From the NCBI RefSeq assembly GCF_009914755.1, contig NC_060933.1: a stretch of DNA of 64,000 nucleotides. One strand, written 5' to 3'. The notes beneath the pieces were generated by a model, which saw nothing but the letters and a program-made list of their open reading frames with translations, was not told where the DNA came from and did not search any database. The position numbers and the translations under genes are program-made. Source of the DNA: the human T2T-CHM13v2.0 reference genome, Homo sapiens. Of the stretch, positions 1-16,974 are shown piece by piece; position 1 is the first letter of the stretch; each line of letters starts with the position of its first letter.

Positions 1-279
1 CAATTAGTTAGTCCTTTAATGCTATTGTGTCACTATTTCTTTCCTTAGAGTATATCTTGCTTTTCTTTTAACTACTTATAATGGCTGTTTTAGACCTTTA
101 TCTTCTGAATACAACTTTGGGTCTTCTCGGTGTCAGTTTTTAGTAACTTTTTTTTTCTTTTTTTTTTTAACATAGGTCATACTTTTCTGTGTCTTTGGAC
201 GTCCAGTGACTTTTGGGCAGGACGTTGTTGATGACGGCAGCCCTGCATCTACTGTCACCCTCTAAACAGCACTGACTTT

Positions 280-640
280 TGTTCTGGGATGAATTCTGCC
301 CTCCCAAAATTCCTGCGTTGAAGCCCCAGATCCCATGGTCACTGTTTCAGGAGATGGGACTCTTAGGAGACAATCGAGATTAAGTGAGGTCAAAGGGAGT
401 GGCCCTAATTTAACAGGCTGATGTCCTTATTAGGAGAAAAAGAGGCACCCAGAGAGCGCTCCCTGCCAGGTGAGGACACAGCGAGGGGCTGCCTTCTGCG
501 AATGGGCAGGAAGCCCTCACCAGAAACTGCACTTTCCGGCACCTTAATCTTGGACTTCCACCCTCCAGAACGGTGAGGAAATACAGTTCTGTTGTTTAAG
601 GTGCCCAGTCTGGGGTATTTTGTCACGGGAGCCTGAGCTG
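280..640 (+). mobile_element. MaLR LTR (MLT1-like), old
   Basis: Typical MLT1 phrases (gagattaagtgaggtc...ggccctaat, ttggacttcc...cctccagaac...ttctgttgtttaag...ggtattttgt). Confidence 0.65.
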
Positions 641-1675
641 ACAGCGAGAGTGACAGCCCCTCCAGCAGGAAATCCAAGTCCAGGCGAAGCTCCTTGAACC
701 CGTGGGCTTCGGCCAGGCACAGCTGCGCAAAGTCACGGCTGTTTCCCAGGAGCCCCTAACTTGTCAGAATGCAGCCTCTACATGTCCCTCCTGTGGGTCT
801 CGGGGGCACAGTTCTGGATTTGAGGCGCATCTAGGGTGCAGCCCTTGTTCCTAGCAGGGCCTTTCCAGTGTCCCGGCCGTGCTGGGGGCTGGCGAGGTCC
901 CCCTACTCGGGCTGTTCCCCCAGAGCTCCCGGCACCACTCGACCTCAGGTATCATTTTCCGCCGCCCCGACGAGGCAGCCACCCTCATAAGCCTGGGTTG
1001 TCTCACCTGCATATGTGGGGACCGGCTGATTCCCCAGGGGCCTGGGCGCAGAACCTCCGGGCTGACACTGTCACTTTCCTTGCCCTTCCCGTGTCCCAGG
1101 CCAGGCGGGAGGAGAAAGTGATGCAGTCGGCTGGTGGCAGCCGAGGCCACGGGGTGACAGCCCACTGTGGAAGCGGACACTGAGCAGGGCTGGGCAGCTG
1201 GGGGTCCAGGGAGGCTGGAAGCGGGGCCCATCGGGTAGGGCCTTCAGCACGGGCCGTGAGCCTGGAGCCCTGGGCAGTGGGGAGCCATGGAGGATGCAGG
1301 CAGGAGGGGTGTGGCCTCCATGCGTTTGACAGACCTGCTGAGACTCCACCAGGAGCCCTGTTTCTGTCTCTGGTCTATACCCTGGGGCAGCCTGACCACG
1401 ACCCTAGCAGGGCGGGAGGGCAGGGGTTGCTGCCTTGCACGTGAGCTGCACTGTTTGTCCAGTAACCACGGAAAACACACCTCCTGTTGCCAGACCTGGG
1501 GCGGGTGAGTCCCCCCACACCTGTCACCCATCGGCCCTCCGGAAGGACACACCAGGCAGTGGCTTGACTTCACAGTTTATTCAGAGCAGGTGCAGGTGAC
1601 CTGGTGGGCAGGGTGCCCAGGAGGGGCAGGGGTGGGCGGGCGCTCCGAACCTTGTGGTCTGAGGCAGGAACTCCA

Positions 1676-4600
1676 TTAAATCAGCTCCTGCGACACAGAA
1701 GTGCAGGGGCTCAGGCCCGTGTGGTCTCTGGAGGCCCCACGGGGCTTCGATGAGGGCCACACGGCGGGACTTCTGTCCTCGCTGCCTGGTTTTGCGCAAA
1801 GCACCCAGCTCCCTGAGCGCCTTCTCAATCTGCAAAATGGGGTAACAGGCCCAGCCTCTAGGGCCAAGACAAAGCGAGGTGAGGGAGACACTGGGTTCTC
1901 GCAGTGCCCAACATGGGAGCCCTGAGGCAGCGCCCGCAGGATCTGTGCCCCGCCGCCGACGGGACCTTCGGGGGCAGAAGCAGCCGGCAGTCCTGCACAG
2001 AACACCGAAGAAAAGGCGCCATTTCTGCTCCCCTGCCCCACCCAGCTCTGCACCCCGTGACCCCAGCCTCCCAGGGTCCCTGCCTGGCAGCCTAGGGTCA
2101 CCACCCTGGAGGTTCCAGCTCTTTCCAAACCAGGAGACAGACTCATCTCTGGAGCTGCCCACCAGTGGTGTTTGGTGTCCTGTTCACAGGAAGGGGTGAG
2201 AAGGCCCAGCCCAGGGCCGGGAGGCGGAGCCACGGGGGCTCCTGACAGGGCCAGGGACTGGGCCAGGGGCCCGGGAACTTCAGCACAGGCCAGGGTCGGG
2301 GGTCAGGCTCACCTCCTTCAGGAGCTCGGCACACCGCCCTGCAGGATAGGCCAGCATGAGGAGCTGCAGAGTCAGCCCACAGGGCCCAGCCCAGCCTCCA
2401 CCCCAAGGCCCCTGGGCTCACCAGGCCGGGCCGCCAGGTAGAGACCAGTGTCTGCTGTCAGCTCCCGAAACTTCCAGAACCCCAGCCGGTCCTTGTCCTC
2501 AAGGCTCCGAGCTGTGGGGCACAGGGGGGCTGGGCGGGCAGTCCCTGGGAGAGCAGCAGCTGGGCAGAGCCCCCCAGGGCCAAGCTTACTAAAGTACTTG
2601 AGGACGCGAAAGTTCCTGCCCCGCCACATCAGGGACACCCGCAGGATGGCGTAGCCCTCGTAGTCGGTGTCCAGCACGTGGATCTCTCTGTGGCCTTCAA
2701 GAGCCGGCCATGGCGTTGGGGGAGACGTCTGAGGGGGACGGACCTCGAAGGCCAGGGTCTGCAGGGTCTAACTCCATCCTGCCCCCACCCAGTCCCAGCA
2801 CTTGAGTGGTTGGAGACACTACAGAAGCTTTTGAAGGATGATCCAGTGTGTTGGTGGGAGAATGGGAAGGTCTGGGGCATGAAATGTGCAGGGAACAGCA
2901 TGGGGAACAGTGCAGGGAACCCTGCAGGGAACAGCATGGGGAACGGTGCAGGAAACAGCATGGGGAACAGTGCAGGGAACAGCATGGGGAACAGTGCAGG
3001 GAACAGTGCAGGGAATGCATGGGGAACGGCACAGAGAAAAGTGCAGGGAACAGCATGGGGAATAGTGCAGGGAGCAGTGCGGGGAACAGTGCAGGGAGCA
3101 TTGCAGGGAACAGCATGGGGAACAGTGCAGGGAACAGTGCAGGGAATGCATGGGGAACGGCACAGAGAAAAGTGCAGGGAACAGCATGGGGAATAGTGCA
3201 GGAAACAGCATGGGGAACAGTGCAGGGAGCAGTGCGGGGAACAGTGCAGGGAGCATTGCAGGGAACAGCATGGGGAACAGTGCAGGGAACAGCATGGGGA
3301 ACAGCGCAGGGAACAGCATGTGGAACAGCGCAGGGAACAGCATGAGGAACAGTGCAGGGAACAGCATGGGGAACAGCGCAGGGAACAGCATGGGGAACAG
3401 TGCAGGGAACAGTGCAGGGAACGCATGGGGAATGGCGCAGAGAAAAGTGCAGGGAACAGCATGGGGAATAGTGCAGGAAACAGCATGTGGAACAGTGCAG
3501 GGAGCAGTGCAGGGAACAACATGGGGAACAGCACAGGGAATAGTTCAGGGAACAGCATGGGGAACAGTGCAGGGAACAGCACAGAGAACAGTGCAGGGAA
3601 CAGCATGGGGAACAGTGCAGGGAACAGCATGGGGAACAATAAGGCCTAGCTGTGTGCACAGCCGGGTTCCACCTGCCATCACAGGGCAACTGCACTTACC
3701 AGGAAAAGCGAATTTTCCCGTACTGTCTATTTCTGAGCCCACGATCTTCTCTATCTCACAGCTTCCTGAGCTGAAAGGCAGCAAAGTGCCCATCGGTAAA
3801 ATGCTAGCCTGTGTCCCGCCTGCTGGGCTCCTTCCCGGAGTGGGGCTGTGTCTTTAGGAAGGGCACAGGCAGCACTGTGGAGTATCCCAGGCCTGGAGCA
3901 GGATGAGGCGGGGAATGTGCCAGGTGGGGCCTTCCCCTGGGGATTCTGTTCCCTCCAGCCAGTCACCTGTCCCACACCCCTTTTCCTTCCTTCTAAGTTC
4001 ACGGGGCTTCATTAAAACACTATGCTTATATTTGGGATAAAATGCAGATCCAGGAGCCTGGGGGTCGAGGGCTCAGGCAGACGGGCACCGGGAGTGCTGG
4101 CCCACCAGCGGGACGGCACTCAGCCCAGACCCCACGCTGCAGCGGGTGCAGCAACCCACGCCCAGTCCCCGGCCATGCATGCCTCTTCCTCTCCAGCAGC
4201 CCCCAGGCCTCTTACCTGTTATATGCAACCTTCACGGTCAGGTTACTCCCGCTCAAGGTGAGGAACAAGCCCTCCACCCGCTTCGGGGCCGTCAGCACCA
4301 GGCTTTGATCGGAGGCCACACCGACTTCCCTCCAGAATCCTCCAATCTAGAGAGATACGGAGCCTGGCCAAGAGCTGAGCAGTGGGTCTGAGACCCCCAG
4401 GGGCATTCCACGAACCCCCGGGCAGGGGCCTGCTGGGCTCTGAGAGGTCAGCAGATGGCTGTGAGGCTCGGTGGCAAAGCAGCAAGACATCTGTGAGCCC
4501 ACTGTCCCCAGGCATGTGTCCCTCCAAGCGGTGCCTTCAGGCCATCAGACAGCAATGCCCACAGGGCAGCCCCTCCCCACTGGGCCATCTAGAGCTGCGG

Positions 4601-5108
4601 AACAGTCCCTAGGGCTTCTGCGACATGTCGGGAGGAACCACAGGCCCTGCCTGACCTCGGAGGCAGGACCCAGGAGCAGAGGCCTGGAAAAGAAAGCCCG
4701 CAGGGCGCGGCGGAGTGAGAAACGCCAGAGAACAGGTGGCTCGGGTAGCGCAGCTCGCCAGCCTGCCAACCACGCCAGAGGATGGGCCTCCTGCCCTCAG
4801 CAACCCGCCCAGAGCCGGGACTTCCGCTGAGACTTTTAAAAACCCTACCATTTTCGGGAGGAAAGAATCTTCGTCTCCGGCATCTACCTTCTCTGGGCCT
4901 GCTAATGTGCCTCTGGCCCAGCAGCCGGCACAGACTCAGCGGAGAAGAAAATGCCGCTAACAGGAAGTGTCTAGCCGGGCACCAGCGTCCCCACGAGCTC
5001 CCCACACCGGGAGAGGCCTCCTTCCCTGAGCCTGAGGGGTTGGGGGTGTAGGAGGAGCCCCACCAACTAAGAAGGAGAAGCCACCTTCTGCCGGTCCAGC
5101 TCCTCCAT
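1676..5108 (-). CDS. LCN8: Epididymal lipocalin-8, 7 coding exons (5085-5108, 4216-4346, 3700-3770, 2590-2694, 2422-2511, 2313-2338, 1676-1687)
   Basis: All introns are GT-AG. Exons total 459 nt = 152 aa: MEELDRQK|IGGFWREVGVASD (lipocalin GxW motif)...VLDTDYEGYAIL (TDY motif)...RCAELLKEELI*. AATAAA on the minus strand at 1576-1581. Confidence 0.96.
2885..3640. repeat. Minisatellite in LCN8 intron 3, 12-bp units (GGGAACAGCATG / GGGAACAGTGCA)
   Basis: Directly visible tandem array; it generates the repetitive ORFs GNSAGNSM / LFPALFPM. Confidence 0.95.
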
Positions 5109-5223
5109 GGCTGCTGCCACCTGCGCCCGGAGCACCACGAGGACACCCAGGATGGTGCACGGCAGCCTGGCCTCCGTGGCGGGGTCCGGGCTCCGGGTTC
5201 CCCTGCTGCACAGCCTGGGCCGA

Positions 5224-5230
5224 TTCTATA
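5224..5230 (-). promoter_or_regulatory. LCN8 TATA-like box (TATAGAA)
   Basis: Minus-strand TATAGAA about 50 nt upstream of the ACG leader codon at 5177. The spacing is similar to the TATA-to-ATG distance in LCN15. Confidence 0.6.
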
Positions 5231-5628
5231 CGGACAGTGCAGGCTTGTGCGCCCACCCGGGAATGTCATCAGGACAGCTTGGCTGCTGGCAGCTCAGAGA
5301 CGTGGGTTTCTGCACAAGCGCCATCGGCCCTGGTGACACCCACGCCCACCGCAGGGGTTAGCCTGGCCTAGACAGCAGCCTGCCCAGCCACCCTCCTGGC
5401 ATATGGACAGCGGTGGACGCTGCTGGGGCCGTCTCGGAGCCTGAGAGGAAGAGGAGCTCCACCCACACCACCTGGGGCTCGGTGACCCCCACCCCACATG
5501 ACACTTGTTTTTTTGGGCTCGTTCTGGCCTGCGCTGCGAGGGCTGTGGGCACTGATGGGCAACGGACCAGAGCCTCCAGCACTTTCCTGTGCCACCCCAC
5601 GCCTGGCCCTTTGAAATGTGTGCCAGAC

Positions 5629-5721
5629 GCAGTGGGCAGTCAGAGCTCCGGAGGCCGGAGGCACAGCGCCAGCGACCAGAGTGACAGTGACAGTGGGGAG
5701 GGCCTCTGCTGCACCAGGCAT
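5629..5721 (-). CDS. LCN8: Alternative upstream first coding exon of LCN8 ([31 protein letters not shown])
   Basis: ATG at 5721, 31 codons, phase-0 GT donor (weak, GTCTGG) compatible with exon 2. The peptide matches my recollection of the N-terminus of the long annotated LCN8 isoform. Confidence 0.6.
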
Positions 5722-5849
5722 CACCACCCGGGGGCAGTGTGGAGCCCGGCCCTGGAGCCTGATCACCCAGGCTTGCAGCCCGCCTGGCCTCTTCCTGGCT
5801 GTGCAGCCTTGGATAAGTTACCCAACCCTTCTGTGCCTCGGTTTCTTGA

Positions 5850-6228
<379 letters not shown>

Positions 6229-6534
6229 TCAGGCTGGCTGGCAGTCCCCTGGCCACAACGGTGACCCATTTCCAGGGGTGTAAACCAGGTGCCCACGATC
6301 ATATCAGTGGTGAGGGGCAAAACCCAAGTGGGCCTAACTCCCCGGCCTCCTGCAGCTCCCCCAGCTCCCCCCCCGGCACCAGGGCCTGTGTGCCCAGCAC
6401 AGCCCCAGTGGCCGGGCCGTCTTCACAGGGTGCCCAGTTCCCCACAGCACTGCAGACCCATAGGGACTGGGCCAGGATGCTCCATTCTTCCTGTGGGTGC
6501 AGCCCCCACACAGGCCAAGAGTGGCTGCTGCCTC

Positions 6535-6700
6535 CTGCCCCTCCCCAGGGCCCCTCACCCCTGTCCCCTGCCCCCTCACCCAGGGCCCTTCACCCCTGCC
6601 CCCTGCCCCTTCCCAGGGCCCCTCACCCCTGCCCCCTGCCCCTCCCCAGGGCCTCTCACCCCTGCCTCCTGCCCTCTCACCCCTGCGTCCTGCTCCCTCG
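6535..6700. repeat. C-rich tandem repeat of about 31 bp (cccagggcccctcacccctgccccctgccc), about 5 copies
   Basis: Visible tandem units just downstream of the LCN15 polyA signal. Confidence 0.8.
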
Positions 6701-7997
6701 GCCAGGGCCTTCTCACACTTGCCTCCCTGCCTCAGTCTCCCCAGCAGTGCTGGGGTCAGTCAGGGGCCCGCATTGCCCTCCCCCAGGGCATGTCCAAAGA
6801 GGTGAGGGCCATGAGGCTGCAGCATCTGTTTATTGAATAGAAAGAGACGTCCCACAAGGCATCCCACAGGCGGGGGGTGGAGGATGGAGAGACTCCAGGT
6901 GGTCCCCGAGGGCTGTGGGTCTTGACTCCAGGGGCAAAGGCGCCTGCTGCTTTGGCTCCACCTGCGTAGAAAACGCATGCCTACTCCATCACCCACTCCC
7001 GCGACAAACGCCCTTCCTGCTCCCCACAAGCTGGGCATCACTCTTCCAAAGCCACCACTGACAGGCCAGGGAGAGCTCATTCTGCTCCCAAAACTCCTGC
7101 AAACCTGGAAACACACACCAGCTACCACTGCTGCCCCAGGCGAGAGGCTGCCCCAGAGGCCATCCCTGGCTCCAGCACTTCCCCACCTTCCCCGGCGCGG
7201 GAGGACCCAGTGCCATGCCCCAGTCCCTGGCTGAGTGGCAGTGAGCCATGGCCTCTGCCTGGTCCTCGGTGAAGGGGGCTGCATGGCAAGAAAAGCCCCG
7301 GAATGTCCATGAAGCCACCACAGAACCCACAGCCTCCACGGTCACGCGTGGTGGCCCAGGCGGGGCACTCTACCCCGAAAGCTGCTTCTTCAAGATCATG
7401 GCGGGATGGGGCTACATGTTCTGCCCACAGAACCTTCTGGACAAGGGCGATTTGGTGTTGCCCCCCATGTTTCCCAACCCAGCGGGGGTGTGCAGGGAGA
7501 CGTTGGTGCAGACTTGTGCAAAGCTGAACAGCCCCAGTGTCCCCAGGCAGGACGGCGAGTCTCCAGGGAGAGGGTCCTGGGAGTGGAGGCGAAGCTCATG
7601 GAGAGGAGCAGAGATGCAGGAAACGCAACAGCAGCACGGCAGAAACGCAGGAGAAACAGCCCCGCCTCAGAGCCGCCCACCTCCTCCCGCCATGCCAGGA
7701 AGGGCCAGTGTCCCTCCAGACGCCGGTGACTGTCACGTCAGACACGTGACGTGTGGCTGTGCCCAGATTCTTGGCGGTGAGCCCCGGCGAGGGACCCAGC
7801 GGTCTCCCGGCGTCTGGTTTAGGGGGGGATCTCCGCAAGACCCCGCCCGCACGTGGCTCCTGTGAGGGGCACTGCGCGCGAAGGCTGTGGTCTGCCCTCC
7901 TGGGCCCTGGGGGAGAAGACAAGGCTCCCACAATTCCAAGGCAGGACCCTGCCCTGGGGAGGGAGCCAGGGGCTGTGTGGATACAGCGGGGACACAG

Positions 7998-8829
<832 letters not shown>

Positions 8830-8996
8830 TAAGCTGAGGCCTGAAGCATGGGGTCGCCAGGCAGAACAGCGGGGCAGGCATGGGGCAGACAGAACCAGAT
8901 GTCAAGCTGCGATAGGGAGGGGAGAGGCAACCAGGGCATCCCCTGCAGGGCCTGGAGAACCCACCTGGGAAGGGCGGGGGTGGGGCTCCGGAGGTG

Positions 8997-11668
<2,672 letters not shown>

Positions 11669-11724
11669 CCCCTCCCCTGCCCTCCAGCCCCTGGTGCTGA
11701 GTCCCCAAGCCCCAGGGGGCCAGC

Positions 11725-11730
11725 TTTATA
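11725..11730 (-). promoter_or_regulatory. LCN15 TATA box (TATAAA)
   Basis: Minus-strand TATAAA about 57 nt upstream of the ATG at 11668. Confidence 0.8.
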
Positions 11731-12629
11731 GCCCAGGCCACCACCTGGGTGCACCTGCTCCTGGGCGGAGCAGATGGAAGCGGAAGGCACTTCGGCTCTG
11801 AGACTCCGGCCCCCTTGTCCATTGTTTGGCACAATCACTCGGATGTCCCCCAGCCCGGGGGGTCATTTCCTGGAGGGCTCCAGACAGCCAGGCTCTGGCC
11901 TGATGCACCCGGGCTGAGGATTTGTCCCCTAGGCCTGCCAGACTATGTCACCAGTCACGGGGCCACTGCCAAGCCACAGCAGAGACTTGTCCTGCCTTGC
12001 CTGGACTCGCACCCAAGCCCCTCTGTCCACACTCTGTCTGGCTGGGCTGGGCCAGGGCCTTTGGGGTACAGCTGCAGAGAGCTGGGCTGGGGTTGGTCTG
12101 GCTAGGCCCCCTCTCCTGGGATCTGGCCACCCAGAAAGCCCCCTTCTCTCACCCCCAACATGGGGGGTAGGGTCACACTGGCAGAGTGTCCAGGGCAGAG
12201 CTTGTGCCCCCACACTGTGAGAGAGGCCTGGGCACCCCTCACTCCAGACCCCCACCACCCCCGATGCAGCCCCCAGCTGGGCTCCCAGCAAGCAGGCCAG
12301 GGACCGGACGGGACCGGACAGGGCTGGGCTGGCCCTGGGGAGGATTACGGCATTGGATACCGCCTTATCACTGGTTGTATAAGCGTGCAGGGGGCAATGA
12401 CGCCAGGAAGGCGCCGCAGTCTGGCAGAGGCAGGAACCTCCCAAGTGACCTCTCTGTGTCCCCACAGAGCACCCAGGGACACTGGGCAAGGAGCAGCAGG
12501 TGGCCTCGGAGCACGCCCAGACCCCTCTGGTCAGGGGCGGGAGTCCTGCCAGGGAGGCCAGCACTGCCAGTCCTCTGGAGTGAGAGTGAGGCAGGAGAAG
12601 AGGGCCTGGACGCAGGGAGCCCAAGGGCA

Positions 12630-13312
12630 TCCTAGAACCAAATCAACTGGAAACACTAACGATGACGGGAATGTGAATGGCTTTGTACCTTCACTCCATC
12701 CTCTCCGTTTACGTAGGGCTCATACCGAGTACATGACTTCGTTTTGTTTGTTTGTTTTTTGAGATGGAGTTTTGCTCTTGTTGCCCAGGCTGGAGTGCAG
12801 TGGTGCACTCCTTGGCTCTCTGCAGCCTCTGCCTCCCGGGTTTAAGCGATTTTCCTGCCTCAGCCTCCTGACTATCTGGGATTACAGGCACCCGCCACCA
12901 CACCCAGCTAATTTTGTATTTTTAGTAGAGACGGGGTTTCTCCATGTTCATCAGGCTGGTCTTGAACTCCCGACCTCAGGTGATACACCCACCTCAGCCT
13001 CCCAAAGTACTGGGATTACAGGCGTGACAGTATGCTCAGCCGAGAAAATGACTTTGACTTCATCCTCTTCATTTACATAGGGCATACACCAAGTAACCAA
13101 TGGTAAACCGCTAGAGGATATTGAAACACCAGAAAATTCTGTAACCGGGGCCCTTGAGCTGCTTGCTCAGCCCGCTCCCACCCTGTAAAGAGTGCTTTCA
13201 TTTTCAATAAATTTCTGCTTTTGTTGCTTCATTCTTTCCTTGCTTTGTTTGTGTGTTTTGTCCAATTCTTTGTTCAAAATGCCAAGAACCTGGACACCCT
13301 CCACTGGTAACG
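12630..13312 (+). mobile_element. ERV1-class LTR remnant (subfamily uncertain) with an antisense Alu at about 12740-13043
   Basis: CCAAT box, AATAAA and an LTR-type 3' end (aagaacctggacaccctccactggtaac). Confidence 0.6.
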
Positions 13313-13478
13313 TGAGGGGGGGACAGGGTCAGAGAAAGACCCTTGGCCCCCAGCATCGGGGAAGGGAAGGAGCCGAGGGCTTCTGCTTGTGGCCTCCACT
13401 GGTCTTCAGGAGGTTCCAGTTCCCAGCCACGCCCCTGACAGGTTCACCTAAGCCAGCAGTTAGATACAGCAGGAAAAC

Positions 13479-14475
13479 TGTGGTCAGCAAGCCACCCAGA
13501 TGCCGAAGCAAGAGACCGAGGGCACGAGCTGTTCCAGTTTAATAAAATATATAAAATAACAAGAGTTATACTAGATCTAGATCATAGACATGATTATATA
13601 TGAATATTATTAATCATTAGCTTGTAGCAATTACTCTTTATTCCAATATTATAATAATCCTTGCTCTACAATTATAACCTAGGAAAAACCAGGCCATACA
13701 GAGATAGGAGCTGAGGGGACATAGTGAGAAGTGACCAGAAGACAAGAGTGCGAGCCTTCTGTTACGCCGGACAGGGCCACCAGAGGGCTCCTTGGTCTAG
13801 TGGTGACGCCAGCGTCTGGGAAGACACCGGTTGCCAAGCGGACCGTGATCTAGCAGTAGCGTCAGTGTCAAGGGAAAACACCTGCTACTTAGCAGACAGG
13901 GAAAGGGAGTCTCCCTTTCCCCGGGGGAGCTTAGAGAGGACTCTACTCCTCCACCTCCTGTGGATGGCCTGACATCAGTCAGACCTGCCCGCAGTTATCC
14001 AGAGGCCTAACCGTCTCCCTGTGATGCTGTGCTTCAGTGGTCACGCTCGTAGTCCGCCTTCATGTTCCATCCTGTACACCTGGCTCTGCCTTCTAGATAG
14101 CAGTAGTCAATTAGTGAAAGTACTAAAAGTCTCTGATATGCAGAAATAATGATGTAAGCTGTCTCTCTCTCTCTCTCTCCGCCTTGGCTGCCAAACAGGG
14201 AAGGGCCCCCCATCCGGTGGACACGTGACTCACGTCACCTTACCTATCATTGGAGATGACTCACACTCTTTACCCTGTCCCTTTTGCTTTGTATCCAATA
14301 AATATCAGCACAGCCAGACATTCGGGGCCACTACCGGTCTCCACGTCTTGGTGGTAGTGGTCCCCAGGCCCAGCTGTCTTTTCTTTTATGTCTTTTTCTT
14401 GTGTCCTTATTTCTATGCCCTCTCATCTCAGCACACAGGGAGAAACTCACCAACCCTGTGGGGCTGGTCCCTACA
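13479..14475 (+). mobile_element. Solo LTR13 (HERV-K HML-4 LTR)
   Basis: Begins TGTGGTCAGCAAGCCACCCAG and ends GGGGCTGGTCCCTACA; perfect 6-bp TSD GAAAAC on both sides. Confidence 0.88.
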
Positions 14476-15403
14476 GAAAACATCTACAAAACGCATACAC
14501 CTGAGACGAGACTGAAATCCAGCATCCATGAGGAACTCCCAAGACTGAGTAATAAGAAAACAAGCCACTCCATTAAAAATAAAAAGAGGCCAGGTGTGGC
14601 ATCTCACGCCTGTGATCCTCGCATTTTGGGAGGCCGAGGCGGGTGGATCACCTGAGGTCAGGAGTTCGAGACCAGCCTGGCCAACATGGTGAAACCCTAT
14701 CTCTTCTCAAAATACAAAAATTAGCCGGGCATGGTGGCGGGCGCCTGTAGTCCCAGCTACTCGGGAGGCTGAGGCAGGAGAATCGCTTGAACCCAAAGTG
14801 AGGTGGGTGGGGGGAGGTTGCAGTGAGCCAAGATCGCGCCGTTGCACTCCAACCTAAGTGAAAGAGCAAAATTCCGTCTCAAAATATATATATAAACAAA
14901 TAAAAATAAAAAGGCAAGAGATCTGAAAAGATACTCCACCAAAGAAAACATCCGGATGGGAGATGAGAACACGCTCAGCATCAGTCCATGGGAAGATGCA
15001 ACCTGGAAGCTTTTTGAGACCCCTCTGTGCACCTCGCAGACCATGGAAGGCGTTCCACAGAAACAGGCTCAATCCCTAGAGCCTGTGAGGGCTGGGAGTC
15101 AGCAGAGCTATCACCCTCTGCGCGAAGAACAAGACGGGACCACACTGCAAAACTTCCTGGCAGACTCTCATGCAGTGAAACATTCCACCAACCTACCTAC
15201 TTATGGAGGTCTCCACCCGGGAGAAATGAAAACTACGTTTACAGCGAACTTGAGCACTTCTGCATGAGCAGCACGTGATGGACACTCAGCAGTAAAAGGA
15301 ACGAAGGTGGCTGAATCCCAGGTGCAGCCTGCAGAGGGACAGAAGCCAGGTGGAAAAGGCTGCGATCTGCGACTCCTTTTATACGACGTTCTAGGACAGG
15401 TGA

Positions 15404-15862
<459 letters not shown>

Positions 15863-15896
15863 TAGCCAGGATGGTCTCGATCTCCTGACCTTGTGA

Positions 15897-16264
<368 letters not shown>

Positions 16265-16299
16265 TGACATAGTGAACTGGGGTCCTTTCTCAGAGCTCA

Positions 16300-16512
16300 G
16301 TCCCCTCCCACCCCAACCCCCATGCACTGGCCCTCCCGCCACCCCGCCACCCCCCCATGCACTGCCCCCCCCGCCACCCCGCCACCCCTCCATGCACTGC
16401 CCCCCGCCACCCCCCCATGCACTGCCCCCCCCGCCACCCCGCCACCCCTCCATGCACTGGCCCTCCCGCCACCCCGCCACCCCTCCATGCACTGCCCCCC
16501 CCCGCCACCCCT
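16300..16512. repeat. C-rich minisatellite (ccccgccaccc...catgcactg)
   Basis: Visible tandem units; the minus strand is G-rich. Confidence 0.85.
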
Positions 16513-16937
16513 TCCCCTTGAGCTCTTGCTGGGCTCCTGGCTCCTGCCCTGAGAGCTGCTCCAGTCCCCACCTGCTTGTTCTCCAGCCTCCGCTAATCCT
16601 CTGAGCTCAGATATTCTTCCAATAAATTCCCAATGGCTTCGGTTAGCCAGGGCTGCCACTCATCTGTCTCCCCCACGCCAGGCCTCGCCCCCACCCCGAG
16701 TGTCCCAGGCCCCCGCCACTGCACCCTGCCCCTAATAGCACTTCCTAACCCGAGACCTCTGCCCTCAGAGGAGGAGGAAAAACCTTCCTCTCTCTCTTTG
16801 CCCTGCTGAGGGGGTCTGCCCTGCACGACAACACCAGGGGGCCCCGAGCCCCCTCCCCTTCCCTGGGCAGCCTCCTCACTCACGCAGCCTCATCTGCATG
16901 GCTCCCCTCCGCGTGCTGGTGGCGTCCCTCCATTCTT

Positions 16938-16952
16938 CCACCAGGGGGCAGT
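16938..16952 (+). promoter_or_regulatory. CTCF consensus motif CCACCAGGGGGCAG
   Basis: Near-perfect match to the CTCF core; occupancy cannot be seen from sequence. Confidence 0.55.
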
Positions 16953-16974
16953 CTGCTCTGCTCTGCGCTCTGGG

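Noticed and set aside
650-1560. Possible remnant of another lipocalin gene downstream of LCN8
   Set aside because: I could not find GxW or TDY motifs or a lipocalin-like exon pattern.
2629-3857. Long ORFs (up to 336 aa) of LFPA/CSLH/GNSA repeats
   Set aside because: These are translations of a stop-poor 12-bp intronic minisatellite that is open in nearly all frames; there is no independent coding evidence.
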